A DNA stretch of 63,452 bases, filler included, from Rozella allomycis CSF55 (lineage: Eukaryota): NCBI GenBank assembly GCA_000442015.1. It is 11 parts of 11 records of this genome, joined end to end, with 100 filler letters (N's around TTAATTAATTAA, not from the genome) between each part and the next. Parts side by side here need not be neighbours in the genome. Positions count along the whole stretch, not along the records: positions 1 to 13,471 come from KE560467.1; positions 13,572 to 16,933 come from KE560469.1; positions 17,034 to 19,061 come from KE560472.1; positions 19,162 to 34,782 come from KE560476.1; 7 more parts are not named here. One strand, written 5' to 3'. The position numbers were made by a program, and so were the translations under genes. The notes beneath the pieces were generated by a model. That model made no database searches and was not told where the DNA came from. It worked only from the letters and a program-made list of their open reading frames with translations. Shown one piece after another: positions 12,531-25,863 of this stretch (its first letter is position 1; the number at the start of each line of letters is the position of its first letter).

Positions 12531-13471
12531 ATGAAATCTGTCCTTGTTGATTCTTCATCATTCGAAGATTATCGAAAAAAGAGTGCATATTATGTGGATA
12601 AGTCTCTTTTTATTGAGGAATTTATAAATAGCGGTTATAAAGTTGAAGTTATCCTTCGTCCAAGAAGGTTTGGAAAGAGTTTGAACTTGTCCATGTTGAA
12701 ATCATTTTTTCATATCGGAAGTGACCCTAATTTGTTCAAGGATTTGAAGATATACGAGAAAAAGGAACTAATGGAAAAATATTGTGGAAAGTACCCCGTA
12801 GTTCACTTGGATTTGAAGGATGTTGTTGGAAGCTCATTTGAGGAATGCCTAGACCTGTTATGGAAGGAATTTAAGAGAATGGTAGAACCTCACCAAGCGG
12901 TAATCAAAAGTGCTTATCCCGGTCAAGATGTCTATGGTATTTACAAAAGAACCTCGCCTCGCCCATGTACTGGAACTCTTTCCGGCTTTTTAAAGATGGT
13001 TATGAAGATCTTGTGCGAATATTACAAACAGAGAGTGATTGTGTTGGTCGATGAATATGATGCCCCATTGAACAATGCTCAAAAGGAAGGCTTCTTTGAT
13101 CAGACAATAGATTTCTTTTGGCGATTATTCTCAGAAGCTCTGAAAGACAATGATGATGTTCTTAAGAATGCTTGCATTATGGGAGTGTTTGAAATTAGAG
13201 CCAGCGGGTTATCACCTCAATTTGACAATTTTGTCGTCCATTCGTATTCTGATATGCGATATTCTTCATGCTTTGGTTTTACTTTGGAAGAAGTTCGACA
13301 ATTGGGGCTTGACGAAGGGGATGTTGAAAAAGCCATGAATTTGTACGATGGGTACTACTTTAGGGACTCTAAAGTTTCAAATCCTTATTCAATAATGACG
13401 TGGCTCAAGAATGGCAAAAAATATGAAAGTTATTGGGTTGGAACAACAAGACCATTTCTAGTAGAATTTAT
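12531..13471 (+). CDS. AAA-ATPase-like (PF09820-type) protein, truncated by the linker
   Basis: YYVDKSLFI, ILRPRRFGKSLNLSMLKSFF (Walker A), YPVVHLDLK, VLVDEYD (Walker B). Confidence 0.85.
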
Positions 13472-13571
13472 NNNNNNNNNNNNNNNNNNNNNNNNNNNNN
13501 NNNNNNNNNNNNNNNTTAATTAATTAANNNNNNNNNNNNNNNNNNNNNNNNNNNNNNNNNNNNNNNNNNNN
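13472..13571. other. Artificial 100-bp linker (also at 16934, 19062, 34783, 37310, 39201, 45727, 53661, 54840, 62237)
   Basis: N44-TTAATTAATTAA-N44, with stop codons in all six frames. Confidence 0.98.
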
Positions 13572-13967
13572 CCCTTGTCCATTCTTCAGTAGTCTTTCTT
13601 ATTTAATTTTACGTCAAAGTTCTGGAAAACCGTAGACACCAGTCCAAAATCAAGCGTCTGGAAAACAAGTCTGGCTATCAATCGCTTAAAATCAAAGCTA
13701 TTCTCAATACGCACAGGAATGGACCTCAGCAAGTTCAATACCAAACATCTGGAAAATATCAAGCATCTGGAAAACATTTAATGCATGGAATATCAAAGCG
13801 TTCTTAGGCTGGATTATAAAAAGGTACATTTGTTGCATACTCTCTCGACGAAGAAAAGAGGCCACAATTTGTCACGATATATAGTGACAAGTTTATATCT
13901 AACTGAAGGCAAAGTTGCGCATTCGTTCATTCTCATTCTTCGTGTACAATATCACAACTTGTTTGAG

Positions 13968-14403
13968 TTGATGAAAAACTACGAAACTGTAACTGTAGCA
14001 ATCCTTACCCCGAACACTTCAGCTTACCGTCATTTGGGACAAATCCGAATTCCAGATGTACACATGTTTCTTCAACTCCAAAAAGCAAGCAATAATCAAG
14101 AACTCCAGTGAAAGACAAAACGACACTGGCGCAAGTTCAAATTACAGTCACCAAGTGTCCTGAAATATTATTTCTTTCTCGTTATAATATTTGGTGACTT
14201 AACAACTTTAAAGACGTTACCGTTGTGGCTCCTCGTTTGAACTTGCGCCAGTGTTGTTTTGTCTTTCATTGGAGTTCTTGATGGTTGTTTGCCCTTTGGA
14301 GTTGAAGAGACATGTGAACTCCTGGAATTAGGATTTGTCCCAAATGGCGGTAAGCTGTAGTTTTTGGGGTAAGGATTGCTACAGTTTCGTAGTTTTTCAT
14401 CAA
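13968..14403. repeat. ~170-bp diverged inverted repeat (13968-14140 vs 14237-14403)
   Basis: Both arms translate to LMKNYETV..ILTPxTxAYRHLGQI..P.VHM.LQLQ.A.N.QELQ on opposite strands. Confidence 0.9.
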
Positions 14404-15845
14404 GGAAATCGGCATACTGAGATACTTCTCCAAAGAAAGCAAATAATTTAGAGAAATTAGATTTGGCATATCTTTTTCCTGAGTATCATCAGTAAATTCA
14501 AAGTTTGCCATATCTTCCGCAATATTTTGGGCATTGTTATTATGAGCATCATAAAAGAACATTTTTTTGCAGCAAAGCCTACAGTAGTCACATCTGTCCC
14601 CACAAACCGATGTTGCTGAAAAACCTAAAACATCAAATCTCCAATGAGGCACAGATTCGAAAACATAAAATACTTCCCCTTTTCATTGAAAACTGGAATC
14701 ATTTTGGCCAATTGCACTGAATTTTTCCCACAGAATACCACGTAAACTTAAGTTGAACTATAATATCGGGACTGTTATGGAATATCGTCACAAGGTACTT
14801 TAAAGCCGCAAACATCATGAGTATTAACTTTTTATGATNTTTATGATCTTTATGCTGGTTATCATGCATAAAAAATCCAGAACATTCACCAAAAAGAATA
14901 GGAAAGTCAAAGTTCAACGTTTTCAAGGCGATTGTTATATCAACTCTATGGTCTAATGGATATTTTGGAAACTTTGACATTTGATACTCTGGTATATATT
15001 TTATTTTTTCATTCGTGAAACACAATCCAGCCTCAAAAATCCACCCAATTAGGCATCGATATTGNGACTCTATGGTCTAATGGATAGTCTGGAAACTTTG
15101 ACATTTGATAATCTGGTATATATTTTATTTTTTCATTTGTGAAACACAATCCAGCCTCAAAAATCCACCCAATTAGGCATCGATATTGTTCTTCTGGATT
15201 AGCTTCTTTTGAATGCTCGAAAGTTTTGGCTTTAAAAAATGCAACTTTGTATGGAAAACTCTCTGTTACTGTAGGATCAATCACAGTCTCTAAATTCAAA
15301 CATTCAATCTTGCATGACAAACTACTGCTAAACATATTTTCCGAGAGCTTATTCTTTATGAAATTTGGAAACTTAAACAAAAATGATGTATCTAATATGC
15401 CATATTCCAAGCACTCGTAAAACCTTCTCCAGAAAGATTGACCTGGAGTATCTTGAAAGGAACATTTCAAAAGTTTACAAGCTTTGATCCATTCCGACAT
15501 GTATGGTGCAGGTTGACTGTCAAAGATATCTTGAATTATCTCTTCAAATTCGCCCGTTTGATAAAGAAAGTTGTCATCATAACCTTTCACAAAACGTTGC
15601 CACAAATACTTCCTTTGATTAAAATTGAAAGATTGGGCATTATTGTTGAGATATTTTACAAATTCAACAAAATGTATGCGCTTCCTATTTAGTTTCTCTT
15701 GCTCTTGCTCTTGTTCTATTTCCAGACTTAGCTTTTGGATCATCTCATTTAACCTTTTATAATCTATAAAGCTTGCTTTTTCTTCTTCAGTCCATTCTAC
15801 AAACTTTTTTCTGCGTAAAGATTTCAAATAATTGAGCTCTTCCAT
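14266..15845 (-). CDS. Putative CRN-like protein with a PD-(D/E)xK restriction-endonuclease-like domain (fragmented)
   Basis: RVDITI...ILFGECSG...HKDHKKL motif; duplicated pieces at N14839 and N15065. Confidence 0.45.
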
Positions 15846-16224
15846 GACGAATCCTATTGGAAATTTACGACTAATATAAAACAATGAAAATTTTTTGATA
15901 TCACTTTGAACCAAATAGAATAATAGATTTCTTATGATATTAAAATTTAGACTCAGAGCGCAAAAAATGGCGGGAGGTATTTTTCTTACAAAGTGTCGCA
16001 AAAAATATGTTTGGAATGAATAAATACTCTGAATTGGATTTAAAATAGGAGTTATTGCCATTGGAAAGGTAACAACTTTTAATGATCAATGATCGCGTCA
16101 ATGACTAATAAATCATCACCATTATTATTTCTATTTACCCCTCTTCTGAAGTAAAAACTCGCTGAAAGTCTTTATTGATGAAGTGGCTCACCCTTGAATC
16201 TTAAAATTTAACTCTAATTTATTA

Positions 16225-16933
16225 ATGCAATTTAATGAATCACTTGGGAAAAAACCGTTGCATCCTAGATCAGCACTTTCTCTGTTACAATCTTACTCAT
16301 TTTCCTACAAGAGCTACTGTCAAACCCCATATAAAGAACCGTGCCCGTCTTTTAGCTCTGCATATGAGACAACAGCAACTGTAAGACCCAATATAACTAG
16401 TCCTTTAATGGAAAACAGTATTGATGTGCATGAAGATCCAATTATCCCATCCCTGTTATTTTATTTAAAAGGATTGGCATCTGAATCATTCAATAAGAAA
16501 AGGGATTACATCTGCAAAGTAGCGTTAAGTTTGTATGAATATGGTTGCCCGTCGTATCGCTTGGAGTCTAATTTGTTAATGGTGTCGGAGTCTTTTAGAA
16601 TCCAAGGATCATTTGTTATACTGCCATCCTTAATTATAATCTCCTTGAATGACTTTGAATCTGAACAGAGTTGCACGCAAATATTGAAAGCCTCGACTGG
16701 TTTTGACATGTACAAACTGCAATTGGTTGAAAATTCGTTGAATGAACTCTTATTAGGAAAAACTCTTGGCGCTAAGCTTGGCGACTTTATCAAAGATATT
16801 GATGAGATAACTTCACAGCGTTCATATTATTCTTACTTTGCAAAGATTTTAGCTTTTGGTCTTTTTTCAGGTTCAGTCGCTGGATTGTTGTTCAGAGGAA
16901 GTTGGTTAGACATGCTCGTTAGTACCTTCATGG
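16225..16933 (+). CDS. PRM10: ThrE/Prm10 family membrane protein, truncated
   Basis: LYEYGCPSYRLE...FVILPSLIII...GFDMYKL followed by TM helices. Confidence 0.75.
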
Positions 16934-17541
16934 NNNNNNNNNNNNNNNNNNNNNNNNNNNNNNNNNNNNNNNNNNNNTTAATTAATTAANNNNNNNNNNN
17001 NNNNNNNNNNNNNNNNNNNNNNNNNNNNNNNNNCAAAGCATTCATCTCATTTCCTTTGCATGCAATTGATCTTGTGCAGGCATTAAGTTTAAAACATTTT
17101 GGCTTTTGAATGGCCCGTTAGGTGATGAACCTTCGGCGTTGCAAAACCCAAGGTACTAAAAGTTGTTACGTACAATAAAAGTGTCCACGGTAAGCAGGCG
17201 AGACATACAGCTTTAAGGTCCTCTCACAGGCCGCCAGATACATGTATCCGGCGAAAATAATTGCGGCAATAGTGGCCATTAACATGGCAAGTCTCCGGGA
17301 GCAAAAAAATACGTTGTTGAATGTAATAAGAACTTAGGATTAATGTTCGTTTGGTTTTAAAGGACAGATACTTGTTTGGATGCGTTAGCCCGCAAATTAT
17401 TATTTTTCGGCGTGGGATCTCGTTTATGGGCATACTGGCAGATGTAGCCTTTCAGTGAAGAAATTAAATTTGGCGGCTGTTACAAAAGCCCCAGCACACC
17501 TTTTATAGTGACGTGTCGCTTTATTTCGAACACGCCACAGN

Positions 17542-19061
17542 GAGATCAAAAAGTAATTTCTGAAGTACACAAACTGTATCCAAAGAACACCTTCTGATCT
17601 CAATAACATTGGGTACAAAGGTTTGAGAGAATCTACAAGGACAATAACTTAACCACTGAACCGACGAAGCATTTGCTAAGACTCTTCGCTCACAATAACG
17701 AGTCCGTTGCACAGTGGCTGACAAGGCACAATGAATTGAATCCTCTTTGCAGCTGGGATATCTTGAAAAACGATCTACTAAAAGAATTCCTCTCTCCCTA
17801 TTGGAAATCCGAATAATACTCCAAGATATTCAACAGTTCCGGAATTCATCGGAAGATTTTAAGACCTCTTGACGGAGAACAATATCGCCTTTACTGTTCC
17901 GGATTCGCAACANTGTCATTACTAAACTTCTACACTAAACGGTGACTTTGAACTTGGTGCCTGAAATACAATTTATTCAAAATATATTTTTCCCGGCCTG
18001 TTTATGAGTATGACCCCCCCCAAGTCAACGCAGCGTGGGGTAATAAAAATATTGATTCCCTCGTTCTATTTTTTTTAATAAGTTAACGAATTTATTTATA
18101 ATAATCTTTCAAATCAGNTAATAAAGAGTCTGTCGCACAATGGCTAACCAGACATAATGAATTGAATCCTCTCTGCAACTGGGATGTCTTAAAAAACGAT
18201 CTGTTGAAGGAGTTTCTCTCTCCCTATTGGACATCCGAAAAATACTCCAAGATATTCAAAATACAGTACTAGCATGGAGCAACAGTTCCGGAATTCATCG
18301 GAAGATTTCACGACCTCTTGACGGAGAACAATATCGCCTTTACTGTTCCGGATCCGCAGCTNGTCAGAAATATACTCCAAGATATTCAAAATTCAATACT
18401 ACCATGGAGAAACAGTACCTGCATTCATAGGAACATTTCAAGACCTTTTGACGGAGAATAATATTGCCTTTACTGTTCCAGACCCGCAACACAATCTCTT
18501 GAAAGAACTCCTTTTCCCAAAGCTTCCAGATTCTGTAAAGGGACTACTCAACAAAAAACCAGTGAGCAAATTTCCAACAATCTTGAGTCTGATGCAGGCC
18601 GTCAAGGAATTCCCCGGAATTCCTTATNCAACAATCTTGAGTCTGATGCAAGCCGTCAAGAAATTCCCCGGAATTCCTAATGATATGTCGGTTGCATATG
18701 CTAGCAGATCTCCGTCAAAGAGAAGAGTGNCAACAAACCGGTGAGCGAATTTCCTACCATCTTGAGTTTAATGCAGGCCGTCAAGGAATTCACTGGAATT
18801 CCTAATGATATGTCGGTTGCATACGCCAGCAGATCTCCTACAAGTAGAAGAGTTGAGACTCAGAAGGAAAATTCCGGTAGCCCTGCTAAAAAGAAAGTCA
18901 CAACCACTTATTATTGTGAATTCCATAAGAACAATCAAAGGATTACGCACAAAACTGAAGACTTTAGAGCTCGCAAGAGCGGAACAGGAGATAACTCAGG
19001 AAAATCGGAGGAGAAGAAAAAGGCCAGAAAGGATTTTGTCAAGAAGCTATGTGACAAATGT
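17542..19061 (+). mobile_element. Degenerate LTR-retrotransposon gag fragments (several overlapping copies)
   Basis: Repeated 100-200 bp pieces; YYCEFHKNNQRITHKTED and KKLCDKC knuckle-like motifs. Confidence 0.55.
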
Positions 19062-19225
19062 NNNNNNNNNNNNNNNNNNNNNNNNNNNNNNNNNNNNNNN
19101 NNNNNTTAATTAATTAANNNNNNNNNNNNNNNNNNNNNNNNNNNNNNNNNNNNNNNNNNNNCAAAAAAAATAAAAAAAATTGACATGTTAAACTGAATAA
19201 TAAATGTTATAATTACTATAATTAT

Positions 19226-20233
19226 TTATTTAGCAGCCTTCGTTTTATATTTTTTCTTCAATGATCTCCACTTCTATTGTCATTAAGTAATAGTACTTAC
19301 TTCAACGTTGCATCTATTATTTGACGACTTTGAAAAATAGTCAATGTAGTATTCCACTGCTTCATACGCGTCCTTAGAACCTTTTCCAAACCCTGATCCC
19401 ATTTTAATGTATCTTAGACAATTACATTCGTCATTTTTACTTTTCTATATTCTCATAATCATTTTGATATGCAAAATTAGGACCTACTAAAATGGCAGCT
19501 CCTTTTTTTTCGAACACCGTAACAACACAATGCGGCACGAAGGGCTTAAAAGTCATGACGGTTCCAGGTAACTGGACATATACCTGGGGTTTGTCTTTAT
19601 ATTTGAAATAACTTTACAATTTAAAAGGTTTTTTTACCTTAATAATTCTGCTTCGTCGCATGTATATGAGGAAAATTTCGTATTAAATTTAGTTATGCGC
19701 TTCCAAAATAACCAAATTTTGGCAACCTTGACTTTGGTTGGAAGAAACCATGCAAAATTATGCCCCATATCGATGTGTCGATAGGTGACATAATCTCCAA
19801 AATGCGCAAAAGCTGTAAATGTTGGAACACAAACATTTGTACAATCTTTTATCATCCTACATTTTTAAACTCTACTTAATGTTACTTATCATTGAAATGC
19901 TGTAATTCCTTTTCAATAAGTAGAACTGTCTTTTCTTGACCACTTTTTAAAATGTCGTCAATTCTACGCTGTAGCTCGGATTTAGTTATTCCTTGGTTAT
20001 CATAAATATAACTTGTTATTACCAAAGTTTTGATACTGGTTTCCCGCCCACAAAACAACATCTCTTTTATCTGCTTCCCACGTTTTAATATTAAATACTC
20101 CTCTGTCGCATATACTCACATTCGAGTGATAATGCGCAGCCAGAGTTTTTAATATTTGTGGATTGATTTTGGGTTTAAAACCTATCTTCTTCGTCAACAG
20201 AGCCTCTCTGTTCGCTTTTCTCATACAAGCCAC
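19226..20233 (-). CDS. JmjC-domain 2OG/Fe(II) dioxygenase (5 introns; start uncertain)
   Basis: Removing GT-AG introns 19992-20022, 19857-19885, 19612-19637, 19413-19440 and 19274-19300 gives one frame: ...YVTYRHIDMGHNFAWF...KIWLFW...VQLPGTVMTFKPFVPHCVVTV...AILVGPNF...KAAK*; HxD...H triad present. Confidence 0.8.
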
Positions 20234-20746
20234 CTATGTCCCTCAAGCCTAATACATATCCCTTTTTACGTTTTTTCACCTGAAACATATATAATTGTTT
20301 GTAGCGTATGCTGATGTGTCGCTACCACTCATAAATGACCAACAGTCACCACTGGAACCTCGTTGCCTTAAAACATTGATTAGGTAACATTAATGTCTGC
20401 ATGGCGAGCTCAAATTTAAATTTTAATGTAATGCAGGACATATGTCAATCTCATTTATATATAAATGATGTATCTGTCATGAATGGTGTTTCCTTTTAAG
20501 TACGTTTTGTACCAAATATGCCTGCCTAAAACCCATTTGTGAATGAGAGTTACTTATGTTATAACTATTAACTCTTTTAGGGGCTAAAGATATCATAGAT
20601 AAAGTTTTTTTAAAAAACGATTGTGTCGTCTTCAATGGTGTCCCTTTAGTGCACATAGCATTACATTGCTACAATTTATCAAATATCAGAATACAAAATT
20701 ACTTGTTATGATCTAATATTTGTTCTCTCTACGTCTCGCGTATCCC

Positions 20747-23700
20747 ATGTTGCTAACGACGACGACCATCAATCAAATGTGCGCTGACAACAATTCCTAT
20801 GTATGCGATCCGTCTTACGTATCTCACATGAACGAATATGTTTCTGCAGTTGGTGAACTTGAGTTAACATCGGTGGCGATCAAGGAGAGAATACTGAATG
20901 AATCAAAGTCATTAGGTTATGCTCTGTCTGTTGTTCGGACAGACAAGAATAAAATAATTTTGGCCTGCAGTAGGTCAAAATATCCGTCTTGCTTAGCACG
21001 GGTTAGAATATCAACGTATAAAACAGAAATTGGAAAGATTGGTTTGCATGTGTTTGAGCATAATCATCCTCCTAGCGACAAGGTTACAACACTTCCTGAT
21101 AATGTTGATGATGCTATTCGAAGCTTCACACAAGCGCAAATGAATTCGTTTCAAATACATACTGCCATACAGGTAATGTTTCCAGACAATCATATCCCTA
21201 TACATACAATAGTGACAAAAGTGAAAACAATGCGTAAAGAGCTTTTTGGTAGCACGGGAATTGAATATGATAAACTAATAAAGCAAATTGAAACTGAAGA
21301 GAATACATACACACGAATACAGGTAGAAAGAGATTCATTAGGGACAGTGCTAAATTTTATGTGGAGTGACACGCGCGCGCTAAATAACTTTGAATCAACT
21401 AATTGCGATTTGCTACTTGTCGATACTACATACAAGTGCGTAAAATTTGACCAATCACTTGCATTATTTGTATCTATGGACTGTCACGGTGTATACTATA
21501 TTGTTTCAGCTGCTCTGATTTCTTTAGAAGACGCGCGTACATTCACATGGTTAATTAATAATCTCAAAAGTCTTTGTCCAAAGTTGGGTACTAGTCACAC
21601 CATAATCTTCACTGACAATGACGCTGCTATGACGTTAGCATTTGAGGGCATGGCATTTCTTTCGCATTACCTTGATCTATTTTATTTTTTGCAAGCCCTA
21701 GACCGTAATCTCCGATGTCGCATGCATCAGTACGAAAACTTCCGTCGCACTATACGTCGTCATATTCTTTGCATATCTTCNCTTCCTACTTGTCGATACT
21801 ACATACAAGTGATCTATGGACTGTCACGGTGTATACTATATTGTGTCAGCTGCGCTGAGTTCTTTAGAAGACGCGCGTACATTCACATGGTTAATTAATA
21901 ACCCTAAAAGTGTTTGTCCAAAGTTGGGCACTAGTCACACCATAATCGTCACTGACCATGACGCTGCTATGACATTAGCATTTGAGGGAATGGCATTGCT
22001 TTCACATTACCTTGATCTACTTCATTTTGTGCAAGCCCTAGGCCGTAATCTTCGATGTCGCATGTATCAATACGAAAACTTCCGTCGCACTATACGTCGT
22101 CATATTCTTTGCATATCTTCAACTGAATTGGAGTCGGAAATACCAAATCTTGTTAATTAGTTTCACATTACTAAGGCCGGACGTGAATACATACAGAATT
22201 ATGTCGTTCCTATTCTCCCAAAGGTTTGCCGAAAAGATAGAAGTCATGTATTTGATTTAGGAGTGTCGGGTACTAACTCATGTGAGGCATTTAATCGTGT
22301 CATTAAGAGTTACGGGGCGAACTTTGCGTCGCATGCCTTATCATTGATGCAAATAACTGATTTCATATTTGACACTTACACTGAGAAGTATAAATCTATA
22401 ATTGAACGTAAGGCCCAATTAGTTAATGTTTCAAATATGTCCCAATCTGAAAAGGATTTAAAACAGCGCCTCGGAGCCTATGCAGAGTGTAAATTACTGA
22501 AACAAATGCGAAAAGCTATGTTCTTAGACGTTGTGTCTCACAGCGACAATTGCACATATAAAATATCCAGTAATGACATTCAAGTGGCCACTGTAACATT
22601 AAATGATAGCGATGATGACATTAACCGTGTCTATATTACAAGCGCAAAGAAATTATTTGCTCACACATTGTGGCCGTAAAACAAAAATTGGGTCAATCTG
22701 TCTCCTTTAACGACTGTATTCCTCGTTGGCATATGCCCGTCATTAACGAACCAATGTGTCTTCTGGGTCCTCCAATGTAGTGTCAATGACAGTGCGTCCT
22801 CAAACGTCCCTGCGCGAATGCCGCCTAAAATAACACGCTGTCCATAAGTTAATGTATAATGAAGCTTTTAACAGCGTTGAAAAACTACAGATCGCAATTG
22901 ACGGTTGCCAACACACATACCAATGTCTGTTTCTAAATGTTTCCTCCTTTGATCCTCCAGCTAGGCAAAAAAACGTTCTTAACGAAAAAAAAGTGCAAAT
23001 TAAAATTCAAAAGTATTCGGTTTATTAATATCTTAAATGTACTTCTTTTCCAATAGCCCATCGGTCCCCTTCCGTTTGAGTGAATATGCGCATTCGTCTA
23101 AATCGAGTAAATAAATGTCTCCNTTAGTTTCACATGACTAAGGCCGGATGTGAATACTTACAGAATTATGTCGTTCCTATTCTTCCAAAGGTTTGCCGAA
23201 AAGGGAGTGTCGGGTACTAACTCATGTGAGGCATTTAATCGTGTTATTAAGAGTGACGGAGCGAACTTTGCGTCTGATGCCTTGTCATTGATGCAAATAA
23301 CTGATTTCATATTTGAAACTTACACTGAGAAGTATAAATGTATAATTGAACGTAAGGCGCAATAGTTAATGTATCAAATATGTCCCAATCTGAAACGGAT
23401 TTAAAACAGCGCACCGGAGCCTAGGCAGAGTGTAAATTACTGAAACAAATGCGAAAAGCTATGTTCTTAGACGTTGTGTCTAACAGCGACAATTGCACGT
23501 ATAACATATCCAGTAATGACATTCAAGTGGCCACTGTAACATTAAATGATAGCGATGATGACATTAACCGTGTCTATATTACAAGCGCAAAGAAATTATT
23601 TGCTCACACATTGTGGCCGTAAAACAAAAATTGGGTCAATCTGTCTCCTTTAACGACTGTATTCCTCGTTGGCATATGCCCGTCATTAACGAAACACATG

Positions 23701-23960
23701 TGTCTTCAGGGTCCTCCAATGTAGTGTCAATGACAGTGCGTCCGCAAACGTCCCTGCGCGAGTGCCGCCTAAAATTACAAGCTGTCCATAAGTTAATGTA
23801 TAATGAAGCTTTTAATAGCGTTGAAAAACTACAGATCGCTATTGACGGTTGCCAACACACATATCAAAGTTTGTTTCCTCAAGAGTCCACAAATGTTTCC
23901 TCCTTTGATCCTCCAGCTAGGCAAAAAAGACGTTCTAAACGTAAAAAACGTGCAAAATAA
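20747..23960 (+). pseudogene. MULE (Mutator) DDE transposase with SWIM finger; two overlapping versions, each with stops/frameshifts
   Basis: N-terminal ACSR...C...EHNH, LLVDTTYK, IFTDNDAAM, GTNSCEAFNRVIK, PCLYY...ICSHIVAV (SWIM), basic C-terminal tail. Confidence 0.9.
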
Positions 23961-23989
23961 AATTCAAAAGTTTTCAGTTTATTAATATC

Positions 23990-25536
23990 TTAAATATACT
24001 TCTTTTCCATAAGCCCATCGGTCCCCTTTCGTTTGAGTGAATATGCGCATTCGTCTAAATCGAGTAAATAAATGTCTCCATTTGACAAATTTAAGCCCAC
24101 ACCCGTACCGTGCGGAGATTCATCGTACCAAATGTTCGTGACGTCCTTATTGATTTTTTGTTTCAAGTATTGGTAAATTGCTTCTGTAATATTGTAACCA
24201 TCACAATTTAGTTTAACCTTCCATTTTGCTAATACTTTTTTAGGTTCGCACGACAACGCTGCACAATGCATTGGTACATGGCGATCCATCTCACAAGCAT
24301 GTATAAGGGGCGCTTCATGAAAAGTTATTAAAGTCTTCTTAAAATTGTCCAATGTAAATGACAAATTCGTATCTAAAGGGGGTTTTCCTAGCTCAAATTT
24401 TTTAGATTTCCACATGCGAAAATTTTGATTGTAATTATAGACTCCTCGATCAAAAAGAAAATGAAAGTCGTTGCCTTGCAAAAGCGGCACAAGCAATGGG
24501 AATCGGCCATTAACTGTCCAATGCAGCCTTAAAAACCATCCGCTGTCACACCATGTTCATCATACATTGGATATGCCAATTCGTATAAATTATTCACGAC
24601 CCATCTTAGAACAGCGCAACAACGCTCAATAGACGGAAACACAAACTTTTGAAAAACTAAATGTAAACTAATTTTTGTCCCTTTCGACGCGTCCAACACT
24701 ATCACATTATTGACAATTTCTTCCGCATCGTTTATACCCATGCCCCTTAAGGCTTTTGCAAGATACCATTTAAGACTATCCACGACTGCTTCTTTTCTTA
24801 CTAAGCTTTGAAACTCATTAATGACTGCTTGATATTGACAGTCGATGTCCATAAAGAATTTCACGGGCACATTTTTGCGAACTATTTCGTAGCAAGTCTT
24901 GTTGCAGCTGCCTAAAACACTATAGTAATCAAAAAATGTCTTGATGTCAGTGTAAGCATAGTGACGGGCACCCGAGCTATTAACTTCGCGCGAAACAAAA
25001 ATCTCATTTTCCACTGTTTGTTCGTNACGGAAACACAACCTTTTGAAAAACTAAATGTAAACTAAATTTTGTCCCAGTCGACGCGTCCAACACTATCACA
25101 TCATTGACAATTTCTTCCGCATCGTTTATACCCATGCCCCTTAAGGCTTTTGCAAGATACCATTTAAGACCCTTCACTACTGCTTCTTATCTTACTAAAC
25201 TTGGAAACTCATTAATGACTGCTTGATATTGACAGTCGATGTCCATAAAGAATTTCACGAGCACATCTTTGCGAATAATTTCGTAACAAGTCTTGTTGCA
25301 GCTGCCTAAAACACTAAAAAGGTCACAAAATGTCTTGATGTCAGTGTAAGCATAGTGACGTGCGCCCGGCTATTAACTTCGCGCGAAACAAAAATCTCAT
25401 TTTCCACTGTTTGTTCGTTACTTGATGTTAGACACTTATGCAATTTGCGATGCCATTCAATATCCGCTCTTAACTTTTTTAACTTAAATGCTTCCAGTGG
25501 CGATATAGTAACCAAAGTTCTTTTTGAATTCGACAT
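23990..25536 (-). CDS. PrimPol-like archaeo-eukaryotic primase-polymerase (one frameshift at a T-run near 24530; duplicated segment at N25026)
   Basis: GARHY...FFDYY...CYEIVRKNVPVKFFMDID (motif I), DASKGTKISLHLVF (motif II SxH), FDRGVYNYNQNFRMWKSKK (motif III). Confidence 0.85.
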
Positions 25537-25863
25537 TCTAAAGTTTCACTTGCAACTCCCCGTTTATATACCCGTATGTTTCATTTTTAATTGGTTCAAA
25601 ACCACCATTACCCCTAACTCCTTCTATTCTTAGGACATTCTTCTTTATAATTGGTTCAAAACGTAATTTTCATAAACTATATATACACTATACCGCTGAA
25701 TTTGCATATGACTAAACGAGGTAAACACTTTATCGTATCGTTCAATGAGCAAGCGATGCAGAACATACCTGCCCACCGGATACTACAANTACATTCTTGT
25801 TTATAATTGGTTCAAACCGTCATTTTCATAAACTATATATACACCATACCGCTGAATTTGCAT

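Noticed and set aside
13472-13571. Recurrent TTAATTAATTAA palindrome between N runs
   Set aside because: Artificial six-frame-stop linker; adjacency across it is unreliable.
17034-17540. Relatively GC-rich non-coding stretch as a structured RNA
   Set aside because: No recognisable RNA family motif; may be a retroelement leader. An Rfam/Infernal search would be needed.
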